Shown piece after piece: positions 8,107 through 16,674 of a stretch of DNA of 18,100 nucleotides (position 1 is its first letter; each line of letters begins with the position of its first letter). Under the pieces are notes generated by a model, which made no database searches, was not told the DNA's origin, and saw only the letters and a list, made by a program, of their open reading frames with translations. The DNA comes from a virus, in the UHGV virus genome UHGV-0199914. One strand, written 5' to 3'. The translations under genes were made by a program, and so were the position numbers.

Positions 8107-8163
8107 GTTGTATGAGCTCTGGTGTGAGCTGACATATCTATGGCAAAGAGTAAAGCCTAATCT

Positions 8164-8195
8164 GACAGTCCGCTCTGTGCCATGAGCGGACTGTC
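8164..8195. terminator. perfect 12-bp inverted repeat (GACAGTCCGCTC / GAGCGGACTGTC, 8-nt loop); possible terminator between convergent G and the minus-strand cargo gene
   Basis: Stem at 8164-8175 and 8184-8195 read directly from the sequence. No clean U-tract on either strand, so function is uncertain. A second 8-bp palindrome AGATTTAC-GT-GTAAATCT follows at 8203-8220. Confidence 0.35.
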
Positions 8196-8390
8196 AATAA
8201 ACAGATTTACGTGTAAATCTTGAAGCTATACATATTTACTTTCAATGATAAATAAAAGAACCACCCCAAAATCACTGAAAGTATATTTTAACTAACCACC
8301 TGCAACTACTAACATTAATTTCACTCAACCTCAAAGAGTCGTAATTAAAATGATATGTATAGCAATTTGCCTCGATACGAATCATATGAA

Positions 8391-9089
8391 TTATATTTTT
8401 CCATGCTTTTCACCGTCAAATCGAGTCATGCTAGGATCAAGAAAATAAATCAAATCAATTAACGCATGTTGTATTCTGATTAGCCTTTCTTTATAAGGCT
8501 CGATATTTTTTGTCATATTTATCACTTCATTGTTTAAATCTAAAAAAAATGGTTCATTGACAAAGCAATTTTCCTTTGTGAAACCGCCGTAACCTATGCA
8601 ATCAAATCCAGCATCTGTTGATATCAACATCTTTTCCGCAATAGCTCTCTGCTCTCCTATGAAAAACATAAAATACTGACCAAAGGCGTCTGTTTGGATT
8701 AATGAGTTAATATTGTTCTGTAATCTAATAAACTCCCTCATTTTTTTATTTTTTTCTAGACTAAGGTATTGAATGTCTATGCGGGCAGCTTCTGCCCATG
8801 CAAAGAACTGGGAAAAAAGAAAAACCGTATTTTTGATAACATAATCTTGTTGGCGCTTACTCCCATTATGATAAAACTCTTCAATAAACCCTAATTCTAA
8901 TATGTTATAAATGCGGCTTTGTAAGTCTGAAGCTGAGCGAATTAACGGTTCAATATAGTACTGATGTTTTCTCCTTACATCCAGTGTTTCATTGAGCTTG
9001 TTTATTCTATTCTGATTATAGGTAGATATAGCAATAGAGATTATAGATATTGCACCACCAATAAGGCTTGAAATTAATGCCACACTCAT
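8391..9089 (-). CDS. hypothetical membrane-anchored protein, cargo at the P2 Z/fun position; function unknown (candidate defence / exclusion factor)
   Basis: 232 aa on the opposite strand to the tail operons. ATG with AGGA 8 nt upstream. N-terminal single transmembrane helix (SVALISSLIGGAISIISIAISTY), then a roughly 210-aa domain without motifs I recognise. Sits in an island of about 30% GC. Confidence 0.7.
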   Translation of the reverse strand: MSVALISSLIGGAISIISIAISTYNQNRINKLNETLDVRRKHQYYIEPLIRSASDLQSRIYNILELGFIEEFYHNGSKRQQDYVIKNTVFLFSQFFAWAEAARIDIQYLSLEKNKKMREFIRLQNNINSLIQTDAFGQYFMFFIGEQRAIAEKMLISTDAGFDCIGYGGFTKENCFVNEPFFLDLNNEVINMTKNIEPYKERLIRIQHALIDLIYFLDPSMTRFDGEKHGKI

Positions 9090-9911
9090 CTAAAAGTCCT
9101 TTGATTTTCTTGGTTAACAAAATGACATGGTTTTATTTAATGTCGCAGCAACTTAATAATACACCATGATATGATTATTATGGTGTGATTTTTTGCATCT
9201 GTAATCCATTACAAACAGATGCAAGGTATAACTTGTCTATTTTCAGTCAGAAAATTCGTAAACATCCAAAGTAGCCTCATCAAACTCTTAAAATTCTATA
9301 CATTTGAGTGTAAAGATTTTAAATCCAGCTGCATGGTATCGACTCATGTTTATTATATTTTTTATTTGTAATTAAAGGTTGCATTATTTTCGATAATAAA
9401 TCATCGCAAGATTGAAATATGATTTCACTTGATGCAATGTTTCATGTGGCCCAGCGATTTGAGTTACACCCAGCTGTACGGGTAATATAAATCAAATTGA
9501 TGAACTTTTGATACACTCCTCTCTCTTCATTACTTTATGTTTTTGCTCTCAAAAATATCTTGCTCTCTGAAAATTATTCTTTAAGTTCAAAGTCGAGGAC
9601 TGCATGAGTGTTAGATACAAAGCTAATATGTTGAAATGTTTTTCATCTCCCCATAACGGCATTATTATCTAAAATATTTACACAAATATAGAATCACCCC
9701 TTTAACGTAAACTAGGAATCAAGTTAACACCATTATATATATCATAAACATGATATTTTGTATATTTTTATCATTTAGCCTTGATTGTACAGGGCGTACT
9801 CTCAACGAAGTAGGGAAAGTCTGTTTTTCGCTCAAAGCTGGCTGTCAGATTTGATAGCATTTGGGCTATGTAAATTGTCAGTTGGAGAATGAGGGAGTAA
9901 AAATCAGGACA

Positions 9912-9938
9912 GGCGGGCGAATTGCCCGCCTTTTCTTT
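9912..9938 (+). terminator. rho-independent terminator (stem GGCGGGC / GCCCGCC, loop GAATT, then TTTTCTTT)
   Basis: GC-rich 7-bp stem at 9912-9918 and 9924-9930, immediately followed by a T-rich tract at 9931-9938 on the + strand. Located at the boundary between the AT-rich island and the FI upstream region. Confidence 0.6.
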
Positions 9939-9944
9939 ATCTGT

Positions 9945-10007
9945 TGTTTCATCCACTGACCAGCCAGGTCAAATAGCGTCTCATGTACTACCCAACGGAA
10001 AATAGTT
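9945..10007 (+). promoter_or_regulatory. candidate late promoter for FI: imperfect dyad TGT-N12-CCA at 9945-9962 and -10-like AATAGT at 10002-10007
   Basis: Partial match to the TGT-N12-ACA late-promoter element, centred about 55 nt upstream of a plausible start site about 25 nt before the FI ATG. One mismatch in the dyad; geometric inference only. Confidence 0.3.
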
Positions 10008-10034
10008 GCACCCATTAACCACGGAGTTAAACGG

Positions 10035-11225
10035 ATGAGTGACTATCATCACGGCGTGCAGGTGCTGGAGATTAACGACGGCACCCGCGTCATTTCCACC
10101 GTATCCACTGCCATTGTCGGCTTGGTCTGCACGGCCAGCGATGCGGATGCGGAAACCTTCCCCCTCAATAAACCTGTGCTGATTACCAATGTGCAGAGTG
10201 CAATTGCAAAGGCTGGTAAAAAAGGCACGCTGGCGGCATCGTTGCAGGCCATCGCCGACCAGTCAAAACCGGTCACCGTTGTCGTGCGTGTGGAAGACGG
10301 CACCGGCGACGACGAGGAAACGAAACTCGCGCAGACCGTTTCCAATATCATCGGCACCACTGACGAAAACGGTCAGTACACCGGACTGAAAGCCCTGCTG
10401 GCGGCGGAGTCGGTAACCGGTGTTAAGCCGCGCATTCTCGGTGTGCCGGGACTGGACACCAAAGAGGTTGCCGTCGCACTGGCATCAGTCTGTCAGAAGC
10501 TGCGCGCTTTCGGGTATATCAGCGCATGGGGCTGTAAAACCATTTCCGAGGTGAAAGCCTACCGCCAGAATTTCAGCCAGCGTGAGCTGATGGTCATCTG
10601 GCCGGATTTCCTCGCATGGGATACGGTTGCCAGTACCACCGCCACCGCGTATGCCACCGCCCGTGCGCTGGGTCTGCGCGCTAAAATCGACCAGGAGCAG
10701 GGCTGGCATAAAACTCTGTCCAACGTCGGGGTAAACGGTGTTACCGGCATCAGCGCATCTGTATTCTGGGATTTGCAGGAGTCCGGCACCGATGCTGACC
10801 TGCTTAACGAGTCAGGCGTCACAACGCTGATTCGCCGCGACGGTTTCCGCTTCTGGGGTAACCGTACCTGCTCTGATGACCCGCTGTTCCTCTTTGAAAA
10901 CTACACCCGCACTGCGCAGGTGCTGGCCGACACGATGGCTGAGGCGCACATGTGGGCTGTGGATAAGCCCATCACCGCAACGCTGATTCGCGACATCGTT
11001 GACGGCATTAATGCCAAATTCCGTGAGCTGAAAATAAACGGCTATATCGTGGATGCGACCTGCTGGTTCAGCGAAGAATCCAACGATGCGGAAACCCTCA
11101 AGGCCGGAAAACTGTATATCGACTACGACTATACACCGGTGCCTCCTCTCGAAAACCTGACCCTGCGCCAGCGTATTACCGATAAATACCTGGCAAATCT
11201 GGTCACTTCGGTTAACAGCAATTAA
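10035..11225 (+). CDS. FI: contractile tail sheath protein FI
   Basis: 396 aa, GGAG 9 nt upstream, followed by the tube gene; sequence recognised as P2 gpFI-like. Confidence 0.9.
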   Translation: MSDYHHGVQVLEINDGTRVISTVSTAIVGLVCTASDADAETFPLNKPVLITNVQSAIAKAGKKGTLAASLQAIADQSKPVTVVVRVEDGTGDDEETKLAQTVSNIIGTTDENGQYTGLKALLAAESVTGVKPRILGVPGLDTKEVAVALASVCQKLRAFGYISAWGCKTISEVKAYRQNFSQRELMVIWPDFLAWDTVASTTATAYATARALGLRAKIDQEQGWHKTLSNVGVNGVTGISASVFWDLQESGTDADLLNESGVTTLIRRDGFRFWGNRTCSDDPLFLFENYTRTAQVLADTMAEAHMWAVDKPITATLIRDIVDGINAKFRELKINGYIVDATCWFSEESNDAETLKAGKLYIDYDYTPVPPLENLTLRQRITDKYLANLVTSVNSN

Positions 11226-11237
11226 GGAGCCTGACCG

Positions 11238-11756
11238 ATGGCAATGCCGCGCAAACTCAAGTTAATGAACGTCTTTCTGAACGGCTACAGCTATCAGGGC
11301 GTTGCAAAGTCCGTCACGCTGCCAAAACTGACCCGTAAGCTTGAAAACTATCGCGGTGCGGGGATGAACGGCAGCGCACCGGTAGACCTCGGCCTTGATG
11401 ACGATGCGCTGTCAATGGAGTGGTCGCTCGGGGGCTTCCCGGATTCGGTTATCTGGGAGCTTTACGCCGCAACCGGCGTGGATGCCGTGCCGATTCGTTT
11501 TGCTGGCTCTTACCAGCGCGACGATACCGGCGAAACGGTGGCCGTCGAGGTGGTCATGCGTGGACGTCAGAAAGAAATCGACACCGGCGAGGGCAAACAG
11601 GGAGAAGACACCGAGTCGAAAATCTCCGTGGTCTGCACCTATTTCCGGCTGACGATGGACGGTAAGGAGCTGGTCGAAATCGACACCATCAACATGATTG
11701 AGAAGGTGAACGGCGTCGACCGGCTGGAGCAACACCGCCGCAATATCGGCCTGTGA
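11238..11756 (+). CDS. FII: tail tube protein FII
   Basis: 172 aa, directly downstream of the sheath gene with RBS AAGGAG; matches P2 gpFII. Confidence 0.9.
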   Translation: MAMPRKLKLMNVFLNGYSYQGVAKSVTLPKLTRKLENYRGAGMNGSAPVDLGLDDDALSMEWSLGGFPDSVIWELYAATGVDAVPIRFAGSYQRDDTGETVAVEVVMRGRQKEIDTGEGKQGEDTESKISVVCTYFRLTMDGKELVEIDTINMIEKVNGVDRLEQHRRNIGL

Positions 11757-11764
11757 TTTTCATC

Positions 11765-11785
11765 CGGTCAGCCTGGCTGACCGGT
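11765..11785 (+). promoter_or_regulatory. GC-rich hairpin between FII and E (CCGGTCAG-CCTGG-CTGACCGG)
   Basis: Perfect 8-bp stem read from the sequence, with no U-tract. Possible attenuator or RNA-stability element between the tube and chaperone genes. Confidence 0.3.
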
Positions 11786-11812
11786 TAACCCCGATTCATA
11801 AGTGAGAAAACC

Positions 11813-12088
11813 ATGAACAAAGAAAATGTGATTACCCTGGACAATCCGGTCAAGCGTGGTGAGCAGGTTATCGAACAGGTCACTCTGATGAAACCCAGTG
11901 CGGGGACGCTGCGCGGTGTCAGTCTGGCTGCGGTCGCAAACTCAGAAGTCGATGCACTGATTAAGGTGCTGCCGCGCATGACGGCACCGATGCTGACCGA
12001 GCAGGAAGTCGCCGCGCTGGAACTGCCTGACCTTGTGGCGCTGGCCGGTAAGGTGGTCGGTTTTTTGTCGCCGAACTCGGTGCGGTAA
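11813..12088 (+). CDS. E: tail assembly chaperone E
   Basis: 91 aa, located between the tube and tape-measure genes. A slippery heptamer lies near its 3' end. Confidence 0.85.
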   Translation: MNKENVITLDNPVKRGEQVIEQVTLMKPSAGTLRGVSLAAVANSEVDALIKVLPRMTAPMLTEQEVAALELPDLVALAGKVVGFLSPNSVR

Positions 12089-12240
12089 CGTTCCCGAAAA
12101 ATCTGTCGGTCGATGACCTGATGGCGGATGTGGCAGTGATATTTCACTGGCCGCCATCAGAACTGTATCCCATGAGCCTGACCGAACTCATCACATGGCG
12201 CGAAAAGGCGCTCCGGCGAAGCGGAAACACGAATGAGTAA
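11813..12240 (+). CDS. E': tail assembly chaperone E+E' made by programmed -1 ribosomal frameshift
   Basis: Slippery T_TTT_TTG at 12061-12067 in the E frame. The -1 frame stays open from there to TAA at 12238-12240, overlapping the T start at 12233. Same arrangement as the known P2 E/E' (and lambda G/GT) frameshift. Confidence 0.65.
12061..12067 (+). other. -1 frameshift slippery heptamer T_TTT_TTG
   Basis: 0-frame codons GGT TTT TTG, with the heptamer in X_XXY_YYZ register; the downstream -1 frame is open for 58 codons. Confidence 0.65.
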
Positions 12241-14680
12241 CAATGTAAAATTACAGGTATTGCTCAGGGCTGTTGACCAGGCATCCCGCCCGTTTAAATC
12301 CATCCGTACAGCGAGCAAATCGCTGTCGGGGGATATCCGGGAAACACAAAAATCACTGCGCGAGCTGAACGGTCAGGCATCCCGTATTGAGGGATTTCGC
12401 AAGACCAGTGCACAGCTCGCCGTGACTGGTCATGCACTTGAAAAGGCTCGGCAGGAAGCCGAAGCCCTTGCCACACAGTTTAAAAACACCGAACGTCCGA
12501 CCCGTGCTCAGGCGAAAGTGCTGGAATCCGCAAAGCGTGCGGCGGAGGACTTACAGGCGAAATATAACCGCCTGACAGACTCCGTTAAACGCCAGCAGCG
12601 GGAACTGGCCGCTGTGGGAATTAATACCCGCAATCTTGCACATGATGAGCAGGGACTGAAAAACCGTATCAGTGAAACCACCGCACAACTTAACCGTCAG
12701 CGCGACGCGCTGGCGCGTGTCAGTGCGCAACAGGCAAAACTTAACGCAGTAAAACAGCGTTATCAGGCCGGAAAGGAACTGACCGGAAATATGGCCTCAG
12801 TAGGCGCTGCCGGTGTGGGGATTGCTGCTGCGGGAACGATGGCCGGTGTTAAGCTGCTGATGCCCGGTTATGAGTTTGCGCAGAAAAACTCAGAATTGCA
12901 GGCCGTGCTCGGAGTGGCAAAAGACTCCGCCGAAATGGCCGCACTACGCAAGCAGGCGCGCCAGCTCGGCGACAATACCGCAGCCTCGGCAGATGATGCA
13001 GCCGGTGCACAGATTATCATTGCGAAAGCGGGTGGAGATGCTGCGGCTATTCAGGCGGCAACGCCGGTCACGCTGAATATGGCACTGGCGAATCAGCGGT
13101 CGATGGAAGAAAACGCGCAACTGTTGCTGGGGACTAAGGCATCCTTTCAACTGTCAAATGATGATGTCAGCCATGTGGGCGACGTGTTGTCGGCAACGAT
13201 GAATAAGTCGGCGGCTGATTTTCAGGGACTCAGTGATGCACTGACTTACCTCGGTCCGGTTGCGAGGACGGCAGGTGTAAGTCTTGAGCAGGCAGCGGCC
13301 ATGACAGGTGTGCTGCATGACAATAACATCAGGGGGTCAATGGCGGGGACGGGGAGCAGTGCCGTTGTCACCCGATTACAGGCACCGACTGGAAAAGCAT
13401 GGGATGCACTCAAAGAGCTTGGCGTGAAAACCTCGGACAAAAAGGGAAATATGCGTCCGTTGTTCACCATTCTGAAAGAGATTCAGGCCAGCTTTGATAA
13501 ACACAAGCTGGGAACGTCTCAGAAGGGGGAATACCTTAAAACCATTTTTGGTGAGGAAGCCCTGAAATCAGCGAACGTTTTACTGGCAGCGGCAGCAAGC
13601 GGAAAACTGGATAAGCTGACCGCCACGCTGAAAGCCTCGGACGGTAAAACGGAAGAGCTGGTTAAAATCATGCAGGATAATCTCGGCGGTGACTTTAAGG
13701 AGTTTCAGTCTGCTTATGAGGCGGTGGGGACTGACCTGTTTGACCAGCAGGAAGGCGCACTGCGTAAGCTCACGCAGACGGCCACAAAGTATGTGTTAAA
13801 ACTCGACGGCTGGATCCAGAAAAACAAATCACTGGCGTCAACCATCGGCATCATTGTCGGTGGTGCACTGGCACTGACTGGCATCATTGGTGCCATTGGC
13901 CTCGTAGCCTGGCCGGTTATCACCGGCATCAATGCCATCATCGCGGCAGCAGGCGCAATGGGGGCAATCTTCACGACGGTTGGCAGTGCTGTTATGACCG
14001 CCATCGGGGCGATTAGCTGGCCGGTTGTGGCTGTGGTGGCTGCCATTGTCGCCGGGGCGTTGCTTATCCGTAAATACTGGGAGCCTGTCAGCGCATTCTT
14101 TGGTGGTGTGGTTGAAGGGCTGAAAGCAGCATTTGCGCCGGTGGGGGAGCTGTTCTCGCCACTGAAACCGGTGTTTGACTGGCTGGGCGAAAAGTTACAG
14201 GCCGCGTGGCAGTGGTTTAAAAACCTGATTGCCCCGGTCAAAGCCACCCAGGACACCCTGAACCGTTGCCGTGATACTGGCGTCATGTTCGGGCAGGCAC
14301 TGGCTGACGCGTTGATGCTGCCGCTTAATGCGTTCAACAAACTGCGCAGCGGTATTGACTGGATACTGGAAAAACTCGGGGTTATCAACAAAGAGTCAGA
14401 CACACTTGACCAGACCGCCGCAAGGACTCATGCCGCCACGTATGGCACCGGTGGTTATATTCCGGCGACCAGCTCTTATGCAGGCTATCAGGCTTATCAG
14501 CCGGTCACGGCACCGGCTGGCCGCTCTTATGTGGACCAGAGTAAAAACGAATATCACATCAGCCTGACGGGTGGTACTGCGCCGGGGACACAGCTTGACC
14601 GCCAGTTACAGGATGCGCTCGAAAAATACGAGCGGGATAAACGTGCGCGCGCCCGTGCCAGCATGATGCATGACGGTTAA
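12233..14680 (+). CDS. T: tail tape measure protein T
   Basis: 815 aa with an N-terminal coiled-coil-rich region and a central Gly/Ala-rich hydrophobic block; position after E/E'. Size matches P2 gpT. Confidence 0.9.
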   Translation: MSNNVKLQVLLRAVDQASRPFKSIRTASKSLSGDIRETQKSLRELNGQASRIEGFRKTSAQLAVTGHALEKARQEAEALATQFKNTERPTRAQAKVLESAKRAAEDLQAKYNRLTDSVKRQQRELAAVGINTRNLAHDEQGLKNRISETTAQLNRQRDALARVSAQQAKLNAVKQRYQAGKELTGNMASVGAAGVGIAAAGTMAGVKLLMPGYEFAQKNSELQAVLGVAKDSAEMAALRKQARQLGDNTAASADDAAGAQIIIAKAGGDAAAIQAATPVTLNMALANQRSMEENAQLLLGTKASFQLSNDDVSHVGDVLSATMNKSAADFQGLSDALTYLGPVARTAGVSLEQAAAMTGVLHDNNIRGSMAGTGSSAVVTRLQAPTGKAWDALKELGVKTSDKKGNMRPLFTILKEIQASFDKHKLGTSQKGEYLKTIFGEEALKSANVLLAAAASGKLDKLTATLKASDGKTEELVKIMQDNLGGDFKEFQSAYEAVGTDLFDQQEGALRKLTQTATKYVLKLDGWIQKNKSLASTIGIIVGGALALTGIIGAIGLVAWPVITGINAIIAAAGAMGAIFTTVGSAVMTAIGAISWPVVAVVAAIVAGALLIRKYWEPVSAFFGGVVEGLKAAFAPVGELFSPLKPVFDWLGEKLQAAWQWFKNLIAPVKATQDTLNRCRDTGVMFGQALADALMLPLNAFNKLRSGIDWILEKLGVINKESDTLDQTAARTHAATYGTGGYIPATSSYAGYQAYQPVTAPAGRSYVDQSKNEYHISLTGGTAPGTQLDRQLQDALEKYERDKRARARASMMHDG

Positions 14681-14694
14681 GGAGGTGACGAAAA

Positions 14695-15174
14695 ATGATG
14701 CTCGCGTTAGGTATGTTTGTTTTTATGCGCCAGACGCTGCCACACCAGACCATGCAGCGTGAATCAGATTATCGCTGGCCGTCAAATTCCCGTATCGGTA
14801 AACGGGATGCCTACCAGTTTCTCGGTGTGGGTGAGGAAAACATGACGCTTGCCGGTGTGCTTTATCCCGAACTGACCGGCGGAAAGCTGACGATGACCAC
14901 GCTCAGGCTGATGGCAGAGGAAGGCCGGGCTTGGCCGTTGCTGGATGGCACCGGCATGATTTACGGCATGTATGTCATCAGCAGGGTGAGTGAAACAGGG
15001 AGTATTTTCTTTGCAGACGGCACACCCCGGAAAATTGATTTTACGCTGTCGCTCACCCGCGTTGATGAATCACTGGCCGCGCTTTATGGCGATATCGATA
15101 AACAGGCGGAATCGCTCATCGGTAAAGCTGGCAGTATGGCGACCAGATTCACGGGTATGACGGGGGCGGGATAA
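14695..15174 (+). CDS. U: tail protein U
   Basis: 159 aa, strong RBS (AAGGAGGTGA) upstream; synteny and size match P2 gpU. Confidence 0.85.
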   Translation: MMLALGMFVFMRQTLPHQTMQRESDYRWPSNSRIGKRDAYQFLGVGEENMTLAGVLYPELTGGKLTMTTLRLMAEEGRAWPLLDGTGMIYGMYVISRVSETGSIFFADGTPRKIDFTLSLTRVDESLAALYGDIDKQAESLIGKAGSMATRFTGMTGAG

Positions 15175-16337
15175 TGCTGGATGCACTGACATTTGATGCA
15201 GGCAGTACGCTGACGCCGGATTACATGCTGATGCTCGACAACAGGGATATTACCGGCAATATCAGCGACCGTCTGATGAGCATGACTCTGACGGATAACC
15301 GGGGCTTTGAGGCTGACCAGCTTGATATTGAACTGAACGATGCCGACGGGCAGGTAGGGCTACCGGTTCGTGGCGCTGTCCTGACGGTGTATATCGGCTG
15401 GAAAGGTTTTGCCCTGGTATGCAAAGGGAAATTTACCGTTGATGAGGTTGAACACCGGGGCGCACCGGATGTGGTCACCATCCGCGCCCGGAGTGCAGAT
15501 TTTCGCGGGACGCTCAATTCCCGCCGTGAAGGCTCCTGGCATGACACCACGCTCGGTGCGATTGTTGAGGCGATAGCCTCCCGTAACAGGCTGGAAGCCA
15601 GTGTCGCGCCGTCACTGGCAGGAATTAAAATCCCGCACATCGACCAGTCGCAGGAGTCTGATGCGAAATTCCTGACCCGTCTTGCAGAACGCAACGGCGG
15701 TGAGGTGTCGGTAAAAATGGGAAAACTGTTGTTTCTCAAAGCGGGGCAGGGGGTGACGGCCAGCGGTAAAAAAATCCCGCAGATTACCATCACCCGCAGC
15801 GACGGCGACCGTCATCATTTTGCGATTGCTGACCGTGGAGCTTACACCGGCGTAATGGCAAAGTGGTTACACACCAAAGACCCGAAGCCGCAAAAGCAGA
15901 AGGTAAAACTGAAACGCAAAAAGAAAGAAAAACACCTGCGCGCACTGGAGCACCCGAAAGCGAAACCGGTCACGCAGAAGAAAGCGCCAAAAGTACCGGA
16001 AGCGCGCGAAGGTGAATACATGGCCGGTGAAGCTGACAACGTTTTTGCCCTGACTACGGTATATGCCACGAAAGCACAGGCCATGCGCGCCGCTCAGGCG
16101 AAGTGGGATAAACTGCAACGGGGCGTTGCGGAGTTCTCCATCAGCCTTGCCACTGGTCGTGCTGATATTTACACGGAAACACCGGTCAGAGTGTCAGGCT
16201 TTAAGCGCGTCATAGACGAGCAGGACTGGACAATCACTAAGGTGACACATTTTCTGAATAATAGCGGCTTCACGACGTCCCTGGAGCTTGAGGTCAGGCT
16301 TTCTGATGTGGAGTACGAAACAGAAGATGATGAGTAA
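15174..16337 (+). CDS. D: tail protein D
   Basis: 387 aa, start overlaps the U stop. Contains a Lys-rich low-complexity segment (KPQKQKVKLKRKKKEKH); size matches P2 gpD. Confidence 0.85.
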   Translation: MLDALTFDAGSTLTPDYMLMLDNRDITGNISDRLMSMTLTDNRGFEADQLDIELNDADGQVGLPVRGAVLTVYIGWKGFALVCKGKFTVDEVEHRGAPDVVTIRARSADFRGTLNSRREGSWHDTTLGAIVEAIASRNRLEASVAPSLAGIKIPHIDQSQESDAKFLTRLAERNGGEVSVKMGKLLFLKAGQGVTASGKKIPQITITRSDGDRHHFAIADRGAYTGVMAKWLHTKDPKPQKQKVKLKRKKKEKHLRALEHPKAKPVTQKKAPKVPEAREGEYMAGEADNVFALTTVYATKAQAMRAAQAKWDKLQRGVAEFSISLATGRADIYTETPVRVSGFKRVIDEQDWTITKVTHFLNNSGFTTSLELEVRLSDVEYETEDDE

Positions 16338-16418
16338 TGTTTTTATTTTATCTGTTTGTTTTATAAGGATAAATTAACTAAAATGGCACCGTCAACAAAA
16401 CCGGAAGAGGTGCTCGCG

Positions 16419-16637
16419 ATGTTTCATTGTCCTTTATGCCAGCATGCCGCACATGCGCGTACAAGCCGCTATATCACTGACACGACAAAAGAGCGTTATC
16501 ACCAGTGTCAGAACGTGAATTGCAGCGCCACGTTCATCACTTATGAGTCGGTACAGCGATACATCGTGAAGCCGGGAGAAGTCCACGCCGTAAGACCGCA
16601 CCCGTTGCCGTCAGGGCAGCAAATTATGTGGATGTAA
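16419..16637 (+). CDS. ogr: late gene transcription activator Ogr (zinc-finger)
   Basis: 72 aa from the internal ATG 16419 (MFHCPLCQHAAHARTSRYITDTTKERYHQCQNVNCSATF...), with the Cys4 pattern CxxC...CxxxxC. GAGG lies 8 nt upstream. The track ORF starts further upstream at a TTG (16356), which I consider spurious. Confidence 0.85.
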   Translation: MFHCPLCQHAAHARTSRYITDTTKERYHQCQNVNCSATFITYESVQRYIVKPGEVHAVRPHPLPSGQQIMWM

Positions 16638-16649
16638 TTACAAACAGGA

Positions 16650-16674
16650 AGCCCCTCAGTCGAGGGGCTTTTTT
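16650..16674 (+). terminator. rho-independent terminator after ogr (AGCCCCTC-AGTC-GAGGGGCT then TTTTTT)
   Basis: Perfect 8-bp GC-rich stem with a 4-nt loop, followed by a T-run, 13 nt after the ogr stop. Confidence 0.8.

Noticed and set aside
8107-9911. Retron or type III toxin-antitoxin in the AT-rich island (considered because of the long non-coding stretch with repeats)
   Set aside because: No reverse-transcriptase motif (YxDD) in any frame, and no array of regularly spaced tandem repeats of the ToxI type; only one short direct-repeat pair. Insufficient evidence.
9771-9956. 61-aa minus-strand ORF in the G/FI intergenic region
   Set aside because: It overlaps the + strand terminator hairpin and the candidate FI promoter, has no convincing RBS and a low-complexity product; most likely a chance ORF.
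15842-16118. Minus-strand ORFs of 80-83 aa within the Lys-rich segment of D
   Set aside because: They arise from the low-complexity AAG/AAA-rich region of D read on the opposite strand (Phe/Leu-rich translation); not credible genes.
16356-16418. TTG-initiated N-terminal extension of ogr (MFYKDKLTKMAPSTKPEEVLA...)
   Set aside because: Ogr is a 72-aa zinc-finger protein beginning MFHCPLCQ. The internal ATG at 16419 has a GAGG RBS at appropriate spacing, whereas the upstream TTG does not.
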